Of a stretch of 64,000 nt of DNA, positions 20,608 to 30,537 are shown one piece after another. The notes under the pieces are model-generated. The model did no database searches. It was not told the DNA's origin and worked only from the letters and a program-made list of their open reading frames with translations. Made by a program: the position numbers and the translations under genes. The stretch spans positions 320,001 to 384,000 of the forward strand of contig CAVTLK010000004.1 of NCBI GenBank assembly GCA_963735595.1, read 5' to 3'. This DNA comes from an uncultured delta proteobacterium. Its GTDB lineage: Bacteria > Desulfobacterota > Zymogenia > Zymogenales > Zymogenaceae. Every line of letters starts with the position of its first letter. The first letter of the stretch is position 1.

Positions 20608-21629
20608 GCGGCGGGGGATGGGTGGGATTTCTTCATCGGCGGCTTGGCCCCTGGGGGGCGGCCGCCCTCTTTATCGCCGTGGTCTCCTGCTCCCCGTCTT
20701 CGGAGGCGACGCTTGACAAAGACTCCCGGCTCAGGGAGGCCGCAATCGACGCCATGGACGGCCGACCGGGGGCCGTGGTGGTCATGGACGTGGGGACGGG
20801 CAGGATCAGGGCGATGACGGGGGAAGAAACGGCGGCCGGGTGGGCTTTCCCCCCGGGGTCCCTCGTTAAGCTGGTGACCGCCTGGAAGGCGATAGAGGAG
20901 GGAACTCTTTCGGCCCGGAAAAAGGTTCGTCTGCAAGGGGAGCGCCCGCTTTTCGGGGATCGAATACCCGTGCTGGTATCCACCGGGCCACGGCGATCTC
21001 GATCTCGTCCACGGGATTGCCTATTCCTGCAACCTCTATTTCCTTTCCCTGGGCGACACGGTACCGGCCGATTCAACCTACCGCGGCCTCGTGGAGCTCG
21101 GTTTCGGACACAAGACCGGGGTCAACCTCCCCGGCGAGGTGGCGGGGAGGCGTTTCGCCGCCCGACGGACTCGGCCGCGACTATCTCATCGGAAATACCG
21201 ACTCCGTTACGGCCACGCCCGTGCAGGTGATCACATATCTTTCCGCACTGGTAAACGGCGGGAGCGTGTGGGTCCCGGCGGTAACCGGCTCGGCCGGCGA
21301 GATCGCGTCATTCAGCCCGCGGCTCGCGCTACAGGATAGATGCGTCGCGGGCGGCCCCCGTCATCGTCAAGGGAATGCGCGATGCGGCCCGCTACGGCAC
21401 CGCGACTAACGGCGGCCTAGAAGGACACGAGGTCATGGGCAAGACCGGCACGGGGACGCTCCTGGGGGTACCGTGGGAGACGCACGGCTGGTTTCTCGGA
21501 TTTGCCCCCGCCGAGGCGCCCGAGATTGCCGTCGTCGTCTTCCTCTACCGGGGAATGGGCGGGGAGGACGCGGCGCCGGTGGCCCGCGAGGTGTTCCGGG
21601 CATATTTCGAGGAAGGTGCGAACCAGTGA
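20604..21629 (+). CDS. Stand-alone penicillin-binding transpeptidase-domain protein, probable lipoprotein; frameshifted
   Basis: GTGA overlap with the macroglobulin stop; lipobox-like VVS-C; SxxK (GSLVK), SxN (YSCN) and KTG (GKTGT) motifs; HGWF.GFAP...PEIAVVV. Confidence 0.8.
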
Positions 21630-22267
21630 GGAGGACGTGGATCGCCTCGCTTATCGTGATCCTTGCGGCCGCGCAGGCGCCCGCGCTCGATTTTTCACTA
21701 GATCGAGACCAGGCACTTTACGATCAGGTTCGGTGAAACGTCCGCGTCACGAATACGTAACGCGGCCGCGCTCTTCGAGGCGGCCTACGGGACGATTGAA
21801 CAGGTGCTCGGGACAATCGGTACGCGGCCGATCGACGTGGTAATCTTTGCCGAGACGGGCGATTTCACCGCCGAGACGGGGCTTGCCGTATGGTCGGCCT
21901 CGGCAACGATCGACGGGGCGATCTATATGCAGCCGGTCCCGGTGCTCACGGCCCGCGGCGTGCTGGACACGACGATCCGCCACGAGGTATGCCTCGTTTT
22001 TCTGCTCAGACGCTACGGGGCCGACATGCCGGCGTGGCTCGCGGAGGGCCTGGCGGTCTATCACGCGGGCGAGATCGAGGTCCTCCGGCGGGGACTTTTC
22101 GGGGACGCCACCCCTGATCTCGGCTCCGGACGACATCGACGCAACTCCTGTTTGACCGGACCGACCGGGAAAGAAATCGCTGGGGATACGTGATGGCCTA
22201 CGAGGCGGTGCGGTCGATGATAGAGGGAGAGGCCGCGGCGCATGCGCGCAAGGGAAGTACGCGATAA
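21626..22267 (+). CDS. Exported peptidase-MA-like protein with a degenerate zinc motif; frameshifted
   Basis: GTGA overlap; signal peptide; TIRHEVCL (second His of HExxH missing) and P.WLAEGLA.Y. Confidence 0.6.
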
Positions 22268-22300
22268 TCCCGTACGGGCGGCGAGCCGGGGCCGTTATTC

Positions 22301-22329
22301 TTGACAAATATAGCAGATTTTATTACTAT
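22301..22329 (+). promoter_or_regulatory. Sigma70-type promoter
   Basis: TTGACA-17 nt-TACTAT. Confidence 0.7.
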
Positions 22330-22373
22330 ATCGGCAAAATACAGTTTTAATCGCACTACGAAAGGGTTTTGGA

Positions 22374-22983
22374 ATGAAAAGGAACGTTGTTCTCATTGTG
22401 ACTGCTTTTAGTATCGATCACCGTCCTGACAACGGGCTGTGATCAGATCAAGCAGCTGCTCGGGCTTGTCGCCCCGGGTTCCACGGATTCCGGCCCCGGC
22501 GCGGTGATCCCCGGCACCTCGCCCGGAGGGCCCGGCCCGGGCCCCGCTATTAGAGTGCTCAATTGCTGCGATATATCAAGCCTCAAGGCGGGAATCGTGA
22601 ATCTCGATAGCGCGGGAGATTACACCGGCATTACCGAGACGACGACGGTTCCTTACGTTCCCGGAACGTATATCGGCATCTATTTCGAGTATCTCAGCAA
22701 GACGGGGAAACCCATCCAGTACCGCGAAGAGGAGTTCTTCCCGTATCCGCCCCAGAACTGGAGCCTTTGGGAGGGCAGCGAGGGCAGTTACCGGACATAC
22801 CCCGAAGAAAGCCGGGCCGAGTATACGACCGTACTGACGCCGAGCACTTCCCCGTCCCCGTTCCTGAGCCACTGGGGGTTCAATACTTCCGGGGACCCTA
22901 CCGGGCAATGGAGGTGGGACATCTACTTTGATAACGAGTACTATACGACTGTGGTTTTCAACGTCGTCCCGGCCACCTATTAG
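22374..22983 (+). CDS. Hypothetical lipoprotein with a beta-sandwich-like C-terminal domain; frameshift near 22405
   Basis: MKRNVVL... joined to LVSITVLTTG-C; Pro/Gly linker; C-terminal GDPTGQWRWDIYFD...F.V. Confidence 0.65.
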
Positions 22984-23029
22984 CCATCAGCTCGGAACGG
23001 CTCAAACACGTTCCTACCGGTATAACGGG

Positions 23030-23068
23030 AAACGGGGTTGTGAGGGAATACTCAAACCCCGTTTTTCC
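23030..23068 (+). terminator. Probable intrinsic terminator
   Basis: AAACGGGGTT.TGAG/CTCA.AACCCCGTTT hairpin followed by T residues. Confidence 0.55.
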
Positions 23069-23140
23069 GTATAAGGCCGCGGGTCCCGGGGGCGCGGCCG
23101 TCGGGTCATCCGCGTAGTACTTATCAGAAAAGGGGGCTGT

Positions 23141-24082
23141 GTGATAAAGGAGTCGACGAGGAACTTCTGGAAGATGCAGGGCGAAGGGGCGCGGGGCATG
23201 CTCCGGGCCGTCAACATGGCCCACGGGTACATTTACTATACCCTGTACGACCGCTACGTCGCCGTCGCGCTTTCGGCCCTGCGGTTCCTGACGCGCCGCT
23301 TCCCCTCGCTTTCGCTCACGCATTTGGTGATCGCCTACCTGGTTGACCATTACCACGCAAAGGTCCTTACCGTCGAGAATGCGCGAAAGCTCGTCACGCT
23401 GGACCGGGAGCTCTTAGTCCCCGATGGGGAGAGCAAACGCATAATACCGTTTGACATCGCCAACAGGCTCATCTTCAACCATAGGGATCACATCGCCCTC
23501 GTCGACTGCCCGTGCCGGCTGGAAAATATCAGCCGGGGGCTGCCTGCGTGTGAGCCGCTCAATACCTGCATGTTTCTCGGGAGGACCGGGGTCGATTTCG
23601 TGACGACCCACATGCCCCGAATGCGCGGAAGGCGGGTTTCTTCGCGGGAGGCGGCCCTGCTCATCGAGACGCAATACCGGCGGGGCGTCTCGTTCAACCT
23701 CTGGTTCAAGGACGCCACCGGTTACCGGGGAGGCGTCCTCTGCTCGTGCTGCAGCTGCTGCTGTAAGGGCGCCGAGGCGTTCCGAATCATCTCGCAGATC
23801 GGCGGGCTTGACGACAAAAGAATAGTCGCCCCATCGGGCTACGCAGCCAAAAGGGACGGCGCGAAATGCCGGGCGTGTGGGGGGTGCGCAAAGGTCTGCC
23901 CCTACGGTGCCCTGGTTTTTACCGATTCCCCCTCAGAAAGGCCGATAGATTTTATCTACGAGAGATGCAACGGCTGTGGGGCCTGCGTATCGGTTTGCGA
24001 AAACGGCGCGGTTGCCCTTGTCAGGGACGCAAATAAAGGCGAGGTTCTCGATGTCGATCGGCTCGTCGACTCGTTCACGTAG
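23141..24082 (+). CDS. 4Fe-4S dicluster ferredoxin-domain protein
   Basis: CPCR..C..C, CSCCSCCC, CRACGGCAKVCP and CNGCGACVSVC. Confidence 0.85.
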   Translation: MIKESTRNFWKMQGEGARGMLRAVNMAHGYIYYTLYDRYVAVALSALRFLTRRFPSLSLTHLVIAYLVDHYHAKVLTVENARKLVTLDRELLVPDGESKRIIPFDIANRLIFNHRDHIALVDCPCRLENISRGLPACEPLNTCMFLGRTGVDFVTTHMPRMRGRRVSSREAALLIETQYRRGVSFNLWFKDATGYRGGVLCSCCSCCCKGAEAFRIISQIGGLDDKRIVAPSGYAAKRDGAKCRACGGCAKVCPYGALVFTDSPSERPIDFIYERCNGCGACVSVCENGAVALVRDANKGEVLDVDRLVDSFT

Positions 24083-24131
24083 CGTTGCGCCCCGGTGGCT
24101 ACGCAACAGGCTGCGGGCGGTCGGTCGGGTA

Positions 24132-25733
24132 TCAGTCCTCTTTTATCCGATAGATCACGATAGAATTATCCCCGGTGCCCCGAATCATCTGAATCTGCTC
24201 GATGACTCCCCCCGCCGAGAGGGCCTTGATCGGTTCCGGCAACGGCCCCGAATCGGTATCCCAGAGAATATAATCCGGGTTTGCCTTCGCAATGGTTCCC
24301 TCGAGCGTGGAGGGATCACGGTAGATTATCTCCGTACCGCCGGAATAAAAGACGGTAAGCCTGTCGGACGGCAGGATCACGAGTACCGGATTGGGCCGCC
24401 CCAGGCCCTTGATATATTCCCCGGCCGCCCTCTTATAGTAGCGCTTATCGATCTCGGGGTCCAGAAACGATGTAAAGATGAGGGCGAGGATCACCGAGGC
24501 TGCGAAGAAGACAGATAGTATCAAACCGAAAGACGCCGGTTTCGTTTTATATCTTCTGCGCGCCCGCTCCTGGCACCACCCGATGATTCGATCCAGCGCG
24601 AGGGCCGACCAGGGCAGGAGAAGGATTACCAGTATCAGTGCGTGCCGCTTGGAAAGGAAAAAGAGGTTCATGACGATAAAGACGTCGATAAGGGCCACCA
24701 CCGCGGCGCAGGCCAGCACAAACAGGCCGGGCCCGCGTTTTATCAGGGACGAGCGGGCGATATAGGCGCCGACTAAAAAGAGGACGGTAATGACTACTGA
24801 GGATGCGGTGACCAGGACGTCAAAAAATGTGCGGACGGCCGAGAGCCAGGGGTAGGAGGTGATCATCTTCAGGTAATATGGGTCCATATCCGGATTATTC
24901 GCCGTCAGGATATCCGCGTACGATCCAACCAGCAAGAACCTATGCGAGACTGTCCAGAAAAGGTGTAGTACGGTCTCGGTAATATACTCGCCGCCGGCGC
25001 CGACATAGAACCGGAAAAGGAGATACCCCAGAACCGGTGCCGGAAATGCAAACAGCACAAGCTCCCGGGCGGTTTCATGCCATTTTCGCCGATCGACCAG
25101 TCCCATCACGATGATTGCCACAGATATCGATACGACAACGACAATTCCGTAAACCCTCACCAGACTGGTCGTCCATGCGGCAACGCCCGCAAGAAATGCC
25201 AGCAGATACCCCTTGTTCTTGTGACCTCTCAGGGCAAGGGCAAACGACGTTACCGCAAAGAACAGGAGCATGGAGTCTTTCAGGACATCGGCCGAATACT
25301 TGATCAGGTACGGGTGTATAGCCGCGAGAAAGGCCGCGCATAACCCCGCCCGGGGGCCCATCGTTTCCGAAACGAGGAAGTATATCGGGACAATAAGGAG
25401 GCAGCCGAAGAAAAGAGAGATCAACTGGCCCGACAGGATGGGGTCGGGCACGAGTAGATTAACGAGATACAGGACAATGGAGTATATCGAGAAATTCCCG
25501 GAGAAACCGTTAAGGAATAGGCTGCGCAATCCATCGGTGCCGATCGACAGGGCGTCGCGAATATAGCCGGGACCATCCGGGGAAACAACGACCGTACGGA
25601 AAAGCCGTATCACCCTCAGCCCGATTGCGGTACCGAGGATTACAAATAGGATGATGCGATATCGAGCGATCGCCGAGGGATCGGCCGGTTGATCCGATGG
25701 GCCGCGTATAAGAGAACCGTTTCTGAAAGGCAT
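24132..25733 (-). CDS. GT-C membrane glycosyltransferase (ArnT/PMT, GT39/83-like)
   Basis: Many transmembrane segments; PDG..Y motif after the first helix; AIHP.LI.YS...LKDS. Start uncertain. Confidence 0.75.
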   Translation of the reverse strand: MPFRNGSLIRGPSDQPADPSAIARYRIILFVILGTAIGLRVIRLFRTVVVSPDGPGYIRDALSIGTDGLRSLFLNGFSGNFSIYSIVLYLVNLLVPDPILSGQLISLFFGCLLIVPIYFLVSETMGPRAGLCAAFLAAIHPYLIKYSADVLKDSMLLFFAVTSFALALRGHKNKGYLLAFLAGVAAWTTSLVRVYGIVVVVSISVAIIVMGLVDRRKWHETARELVLFAFPAPVLGYLLFRFYVGAGGEYITETVLHLFWTVSHRFLLVGSYADILTANNPDMDPYYLKMITSYPWLSAVRTFFDVLVTASSVVITVLFLVGAYIARSSLIKRGPGLFVLACAAVVALIDVFIVMNLFFLSKRHALILVILLLPWSALALDRIIGWCQERARRRYKTKPASFGLILSVFFAASVILALIFTSFLDPEIDKRYYKRAAGEYIKGLGRPNPVLVILPSDRLTVFYSGGTEIIYRDPSTLEGTIAKANPDYILWDTDSGPLPEPIKALSAGGVIEQIQMIRGTGDNSIVIYRIKED

Positions 25734-25887
25734 TGTACGTGAAAGCCGAATACTATGGTAAAAAATAATCAGAACTATATCACCCGCTTCGGGGTTTGTC
25801 AATTGTCTGTGGGACGCAGTCCGCCGGGATTCGGAGCAGGTCCTAAAAACTGTTGCCTCCCATGGTGTTTACTGGTATGTTCATACT

Positions 25888-27864
25888 ATGAAGAGCAGTA
25901 AGAAACGATATCCCCTCTTCTTCAAATTCCTGATCGGCGCAATTATCGGATTATCGGTCTTCCTCTCTGTCAGCCTTCTCTTTATTACGGGCGTCTTTAC
26001 ATCCCTCGAAAACAAGACGGGAGACGTGCGGTTTCGGTTGTTTGCCGATCCGGGTTACGACGGCAGGATAGTTATTATCACCGTCGATGAAGCGAGCCTC
26101 AATTTCTATCGGGAGTCTCTGGGGACGTGGCCCTGGCCGCGGGAGGTTTTTGCCGCTCTCGTTGACTACCTGACGGCCGGCGGTGCGCGAGTCGTCGCCT
26201 TCGATATGCTCTTTGCCGAGCCGGATCTCGATAATCCCGCCTCCGACGCCGAGTTTGCCCGGGCGGCGTACGCGTCGGGCAGGGTCATTACGTCCGTGGC
26301 CTTTTCTTTACCCCCTCAAACCGGTGACGATACCTACGAAGCCCTCCTCAAGAAAGGATATCTTTCCGAGCATTTCTCGGTCGGTGTCGTTAATGACGGC
26401 ACAGTTGTATTTGAACAACACCATTCCGCAACGCTCGCCTACCTGGGGCTCTTCACCTCTTCGGCCGCGGCCGGTTGCATTAACTTCGTGGCCGATCCCG
26501 ACGGACCCTCCCGGGCGTCGTACCCCCTCTTCCGGTACCGGGATCACTACTACCCATCGCTCGCGCTCGTTTCGGCCGCCCGCTATCTGGGGGTCGACCT
26601 GAATGATGAGAAGGTTACTATCTCAAAGGATAATACCATGACGGTTGGGCCGGTTCGGGTGCCGCTGCTTGACGACGGAAGAATGCTCCTCAACTGGCAC
26701 GGACCATATCATACGTACGACTATTACTCCATCGGCGACATAATCGAATCGATGGCGGCAATCGGCCGGGGTGATGCCCCGAGGATTTCCCCGGAGACCT
26801 TTGCGGATAAGATCGTGCTCGTGGGGACGACCGCGATCTCGCTATACGACCTGAGGGCGACCCCCTTTTCTCCCGTCTATCCGGGGGTTGAGCTCAACGC
26901 GACGGCAATAGACAATATCCTCAACGCCGATCACGTCACGACTGTCGGCCGTTACGGGACGATACTGCTGATCCTGGCGATTTCCCTGATAGCTGCCCTC
27001 ATTTCCGTCAGGCTCGGCTCGGCCTGGATCGGTATCGGCTCGACGCTGGCGCTCCTGGTCTCGTTCACCGCCGCCGTCGTTCTTCTGTTCGTCTTCGGGC
27101 GGATCATGGTGGAATTCGTAGCGCCGACGTCGGCCCTCCTGCTATCGTTCGTGTCGGCCCTCGTCTTTAACTACGTGACCGAGGGTCGGGCCAAACGAAA
27201 GTTCAGGGAGGCCTTTGCGAAATACGTCTCGCCGCAGGTGGTCGACGAGATCAGCAAAAACATCGACGACTTGAAACTGGATACCGGGGACCGCAGGGAT
27301 ATCTCCATTCTCTTTTCCGATATCCGCGGGTTTACCAGCATGAGCGAGAAGCTGGCCCCGGAAGAAGTCGTGCGGAGATTGAACATCTATTTCAAGGCGA
27401 TGGTGGAGGTGGTCTTCCAAAACGACGGCACCCTGGATAAATACGTCGGCGACGCCATCATGGCGTTCTTCGGGGCGCCCAAGGACGATCCCGAGCACGC
27501 CCGCAAGGCGTGCCGCTGCGCACTCGGAATGAAGCAGCAGCTCGAGGCCGTCAACGAGCACCTCGCGGCCGAAGGGATACCGCCTATGAAGATCGGCATC
27601 GGTATCAACACGGGAGAAGTCGTCGTCGGCAATATAGGATCGGAGCGCCGGATGGACTATACCGTTATCGGGGACAGCGTCAATCTCGCGTCGCGGCTGG
27701 AGTCAATGAACAAGGAATTCGGCACAACCATCATCATCAGCGAGTTTACGCTTGGCGAGGCGCCGGGGTTTGTGGTCAAAGACCTGGGCTCCGTCCGTGT
27801 AAAGGGAAAGGAAGAAAGCGTCAGGATATACGAGCTTACCGGGGAGAAGGAAGGTCAAAGATGA
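25888..27864 (+). CDS. CHASE2-domain class III adenylate cyclase
   Basis: WPWPR, FDMLFAEP, three transmembrane helices, LFSDIRGFT, DKYVGDAIMA, GINTG, DYTVIGDSVNLASRLE and VKGK. Confidence 0.92.
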   Translation: MKSSKKRYPLFFKFLIGAIIGLSVFLSVSLLFITGVFTSLENKTGDVRFRLFADPGYDGRIVIITVDEASLNFYRESLGTWPWPREVFAALVDYLTAGGARVVAFDMLFAEPDLDNPASDAEFARAAYASGRVITSVAFSLPPQTGDDTYEALLKKGYLSEHFSVGVVNDGTVVFEQHHSATLAYLGLFTSSAAAGCINFVADPDGPSRASYPLFRYRDHYYPSLALVSAARYLGVDLNDEKVTISKDNTMTVGPVRVPLLDDGRMLLNWHGPYHTYDYYSIGDIIESMAAIGRGDAPRISPETFADKIVLVGTTAISLYDLRATPFSPVYPGVELNATAIDNILNADHVTTVGRYGTILLILAISLIAALISVRLGSAWIGIGSTLALLVSFTAAVVLLFVFGRIMVEFVAPTSALLLSFVSALVFNYVTEGRAKRKFREAFAKYVSPQVVDEISKNIDDLKLDTGDRRDISILFSDIRGFTSMSEKLAPEEVVRRLNIYFKAMVEVVFQNDGTLDKYVGDAIMAFFGAPKDDPEHARKACRCALGMKQQLEAVNEHLAAEGIPPMKIGIGINTGEVVVGNIGSERRMDYTVIGDSVNLASRLESMNKEFGTTIIISEFTLGEAPGFVVKDLGSVRVKGKEESVRIYELTGEKEGQR

Positions 27865-28583
27865 ACCGAATCTTCGTCGACGGGAGGCTTTCGGTAGGGG
27901 AAATCGCGCCGCTTTCTCCGGCCCAGGCGCACCACCTCAGAAATGTCGTCAGGCTTTCGATGAATGACAGCGTGATCCTCATCGACGAAACCGGGCGCGC
28001 ATTTCGGGCGCAGATCGCCGGGAAAAAGGGCAAAGACATGGGCCTTGCCGTCGTCGAGGAGGTCGGCTCCTCCCCCCGTCCGGTCCTCTCCATCAGCCTG
28101 TTTGCGGGGCTCATGAAGGGCAAAAAGATGGAGCGCCTCGTCCGTGACGCGGCGGCCCTCGGGGTCGAATCCGTAACTCCCTTCATCAGCTCCCGAACGA
28201 TTCCGAAGGACATCGGCGATATGAAGCTTGAGCGAATGAAAAAGATCGCCGTTGAAGAGTCGGGCCTTTCCGGGCGGAACCGGCCGCTCCAGGTCCGGCT
28301 GCCGGTCGCCTTTGCGGAGGCTGTCCGGTCCGGGGCCGATCTCTCGCTGTTCGTCTGGGAAGAAGAGACCACGGACATCAGGGAGGTGATACGATCGCGC
28401 CGGACGACGCCGGCGACGGTCGGGCTCTTTACCGGGCCCGAGGGAGGATTTTCCGCCGGGGAGGCCAAGACGGCCGCCGACGCGGGCCTCGTATCGGTGG
28501 GGCTCGGCCGGCGAATCATAAGGGCGGAGACGGCCCCACTCGTGGCGGCCGCGATCGTCCAATACGAATGGGGGGACCTCTGA
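27861..28583 (+). CDS. rsmE: 16S rRNA m3U1498 methyltransferase
   Basis: HHLRNVVRL, GPEGGFS and LG.RIIRAETA. Confidence 0.88.
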   Translation: MNRIFVDGRLSVGEIAPLSPAQAHHLRNVVRLSMNDSVILIDETGRAFRAQIAGKKGKDMGLAVVEEVGSSPRPVLSISLFAGLMKGKKMERLVRDAAALGVESVTPFISSRTIPKDIGDMKLERMKKIAVEESGLSGRNRPLQVRLPVAFAEAVRSGADLSLFVWEEETTDIREVIRSRRTTPATVGLFTGPEGGFSAGEAKTAADAGLVSVGLGRRIIRAETAPLVAAAIVQYEWGDL

Positions 28584-28587
28584 GATC

Positions 28588-29232
28588 ATGAAATGCCCGG
28601 AGTGCGGATACAATAATCGTTCCGGGGCCCGCTCCTGCCGCTCGTGCGATGTGCTGCTGGCGAGGCCGTCCGGCGTGACGTCGAGGAGGCGACCCCAACA
28701 GAGCCCAACGCGTCAGAACAATACCATCGTTTCGGCACGGCACGGCCTCGTTCGGCTCAGAAAGGACATCGCCGATTTCAAGCGGGCCGGATTCGGTATC
28801 CGCGGCCTGGCAATGGCCGTCGATCTTCTCTTCGTGGTGATGCTGGACGGGGCGCTCCTCTTTGGGGGCGGTGTGCTGATCGGCAAGACCACGGGAATCG
28901 TCGACCTGGTCCTGACAAGCCGTGGCTTCGAGTTTCTTCAGGTCGTCACCCCGCTCCTGAAGGCGGCCTTCGCCACGACCGTTTGCGTTCCCCCGCTCTA
29001 TTTCATAGTCATGATTGCCGTTTTCGGGCAAACCATCGGAAAGATGATAGCCGGAATCAGGGTAGTCAGAGGCAACGGGGAGCGTGTCTCGTTCGTGCGG
29101 GCGTTTGTCAGATTCGTTGGATACGTCCCGTCCGGTATGCTGTTATTTGCCGGCTTCCTCTGGGTCCTCTGGGACCCGGAGCGACAGGCGTGGCACGATA
29201 TGCTGGCCGATACCGTTGTGATTAGATTATAG
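28588..29232 (+). CDS. Zinc-ribbon plus RDD-family membrane protein
   Basis: CPECG...CRSC; AGFGIRGLA..VD, GQTIGK...GIRVV and RQAWHD.LADT.V. Confidence 0.88.
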   Translation: MKCPECGYNNRSGARSCRSCDVLLARPSGVTSRRRPQQSPTRQNNTIVSARHGLVRLRKDIADFKRAGFGIRGLAMAVDLLFVVMLDGALLFGGGVLIGKTTGIVDLVLTSRGFEFLQVVTPLLKAAFATTVCVPPLYFIVMIAVFGQTIGKMIAGIRVVRGNGERVSFVRAFVRFVGYVPSGMLLFAGFLWVLWDPERQAWHDMLADTVVIRL

Positions 29233-29355
29233 GTGGTCCGAGAGGGAGAAGCCCCGCCCCTTTGTGCGGTTATCGCGCCGGGTTGGGAAGCCCTCCTGTT
29301 GGCAATGGGATCGGGAAAGACAGGATTCGGCTCACCTATATTCGGGAGGTGCTCT

Positions 29356-30124
29356 ATGGACGAGTTTACCTGCATTACGCTCACCCGGGATGGTCTGTGC
29401 GCCGTTTTGACCCTCAATCGGCCGGCTCGAAGGAATGCCCTCGGGAAGGGTATAATCGATGAGCTGGTTCAGGCGTTGGATATAATTCACCACGCCACGG
29501 ACGTCAGGGTCCTCATCGTGACCGGGGCCGGTGGCGACTTCTGCTCGGGAATGGACGTAATCGACATGGCCGAGGTCGACGAGCAGGAGGGCTTACGGCT
29601 CGTCAGGGCCGAGGCCAAGGTCTTTGAGATGCTGCACGGCCTGTCCCAGGTGACGATCTCGGCGGTGGAGGGATATTGTCTCGGCGGCGGCATGGAGCTT
29701 GCGCTTTCCTGCGATATCCTCGTCGCCTCCGACCGGGCGCTTTTTGGGGAGCCGGAGGTTAACTTTTCGGTGCTTCCGGGAATCGTGCGTGTCTGGCGGC
29801 ACGCCGGGCTCAACCGGGCACGTTACATGGCGCTCACGGGGTCAATCTTCCCCGCCCGTGAGGTCGCCCAGTGGGGGATCATCTCCAAGATCGTGCCGGC
29901 CCGAAAAACCCTTGCCGAGAGCAAGAAAATCGGCCGCCGATATCATAGGTAAGCCGCCCGAGGCCGTAAAGACCGTCAAGCGTCTCTTCTCGGAGGTTAT
30001 GGATATGACCTTTAGCGACGCGTCCCAGGTCGAGAAAGAGACGTTTTTGCAGCTCTTCCGGAATCCGGAACGCCGGTCACTGATGAGTGAGTTCGGGAAA
30101 CGAAAGGGGCGCCGCAGACCATGA
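29356..30124 (+). CDS. Enoyl-CoA hydratase/isomerase (crotonase) family protein; frameshift near 29935
   Basis: LNRP..RNAL, FCSGMD, GGGMELALSCD and FGEPEV; RBS GGAGG before ATG 29356. Confidence 0.85.
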
Positions 30125-30537
30125 CGGGTCACGCAATTATCCGGTGAGCGGGGGTCTTTCTCATAGACCCGTAATAGTGAGGAGGCCGGCCTATGCTCAG
30201 AAATGATTTGCATATTACGATAAACTATGTAATAATTATAACGTTTTATGCGGAGGTTCAGCCCGGTGATTAAGCGCTCGTTGGAATCGCCGTTCGTATC
30301 ACTGTCATCGGTGTTGCTGCCGAGCGTATCCTTCAGACCCGCGACCCGTTCTCACTATCCATTCCCATCCGACAGAATTCAGTGCCTTCTCTTCGTACAC
30401 GCGTTAGGGGCGGCTCGCTCACCGTTGATCGTACGCCGGTTTTTACTGCCGGGTTGAACGCACTTTCATTTGATCATGGTCACGGCTTGATCAAGCCTAT
30501 CTGATAATACCTGCTTTCACACTATTGGCGACGGAAC

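Noticed and set aside
19152..21230. Apparent macroglobulin-transpeptidase fusion in the ORF track
   Set aside because: An indel near 20565 bypasses the natural end (RTESATIVITDTK-TGA at 20607); the transpeptidase has its own GTG start and signal/lipobox.
21734..21736. TGA in the peptidase-like gene (also TGA 52129-52131 in PNP and 12809-12811 in the lipoprotein) as further Sec codons
   Set aside because: Each is reached only after a frameshift, does not align with a conserved Cys, and the protein continues in another frame.
23741..23764. CSCCSCCC cysteine run as a novel metal-binding motif
   Set aside because: This motif is common in this family of ferredoxin-domain proteins from anaerobes, and all codons are ordinary TGC/TGT.
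30240..30537. Long leader before the histidine kinase as a riboswitch or small ORF
   Set aside because: No recognisable aptamer, terminator or convincing coding signal by eye.
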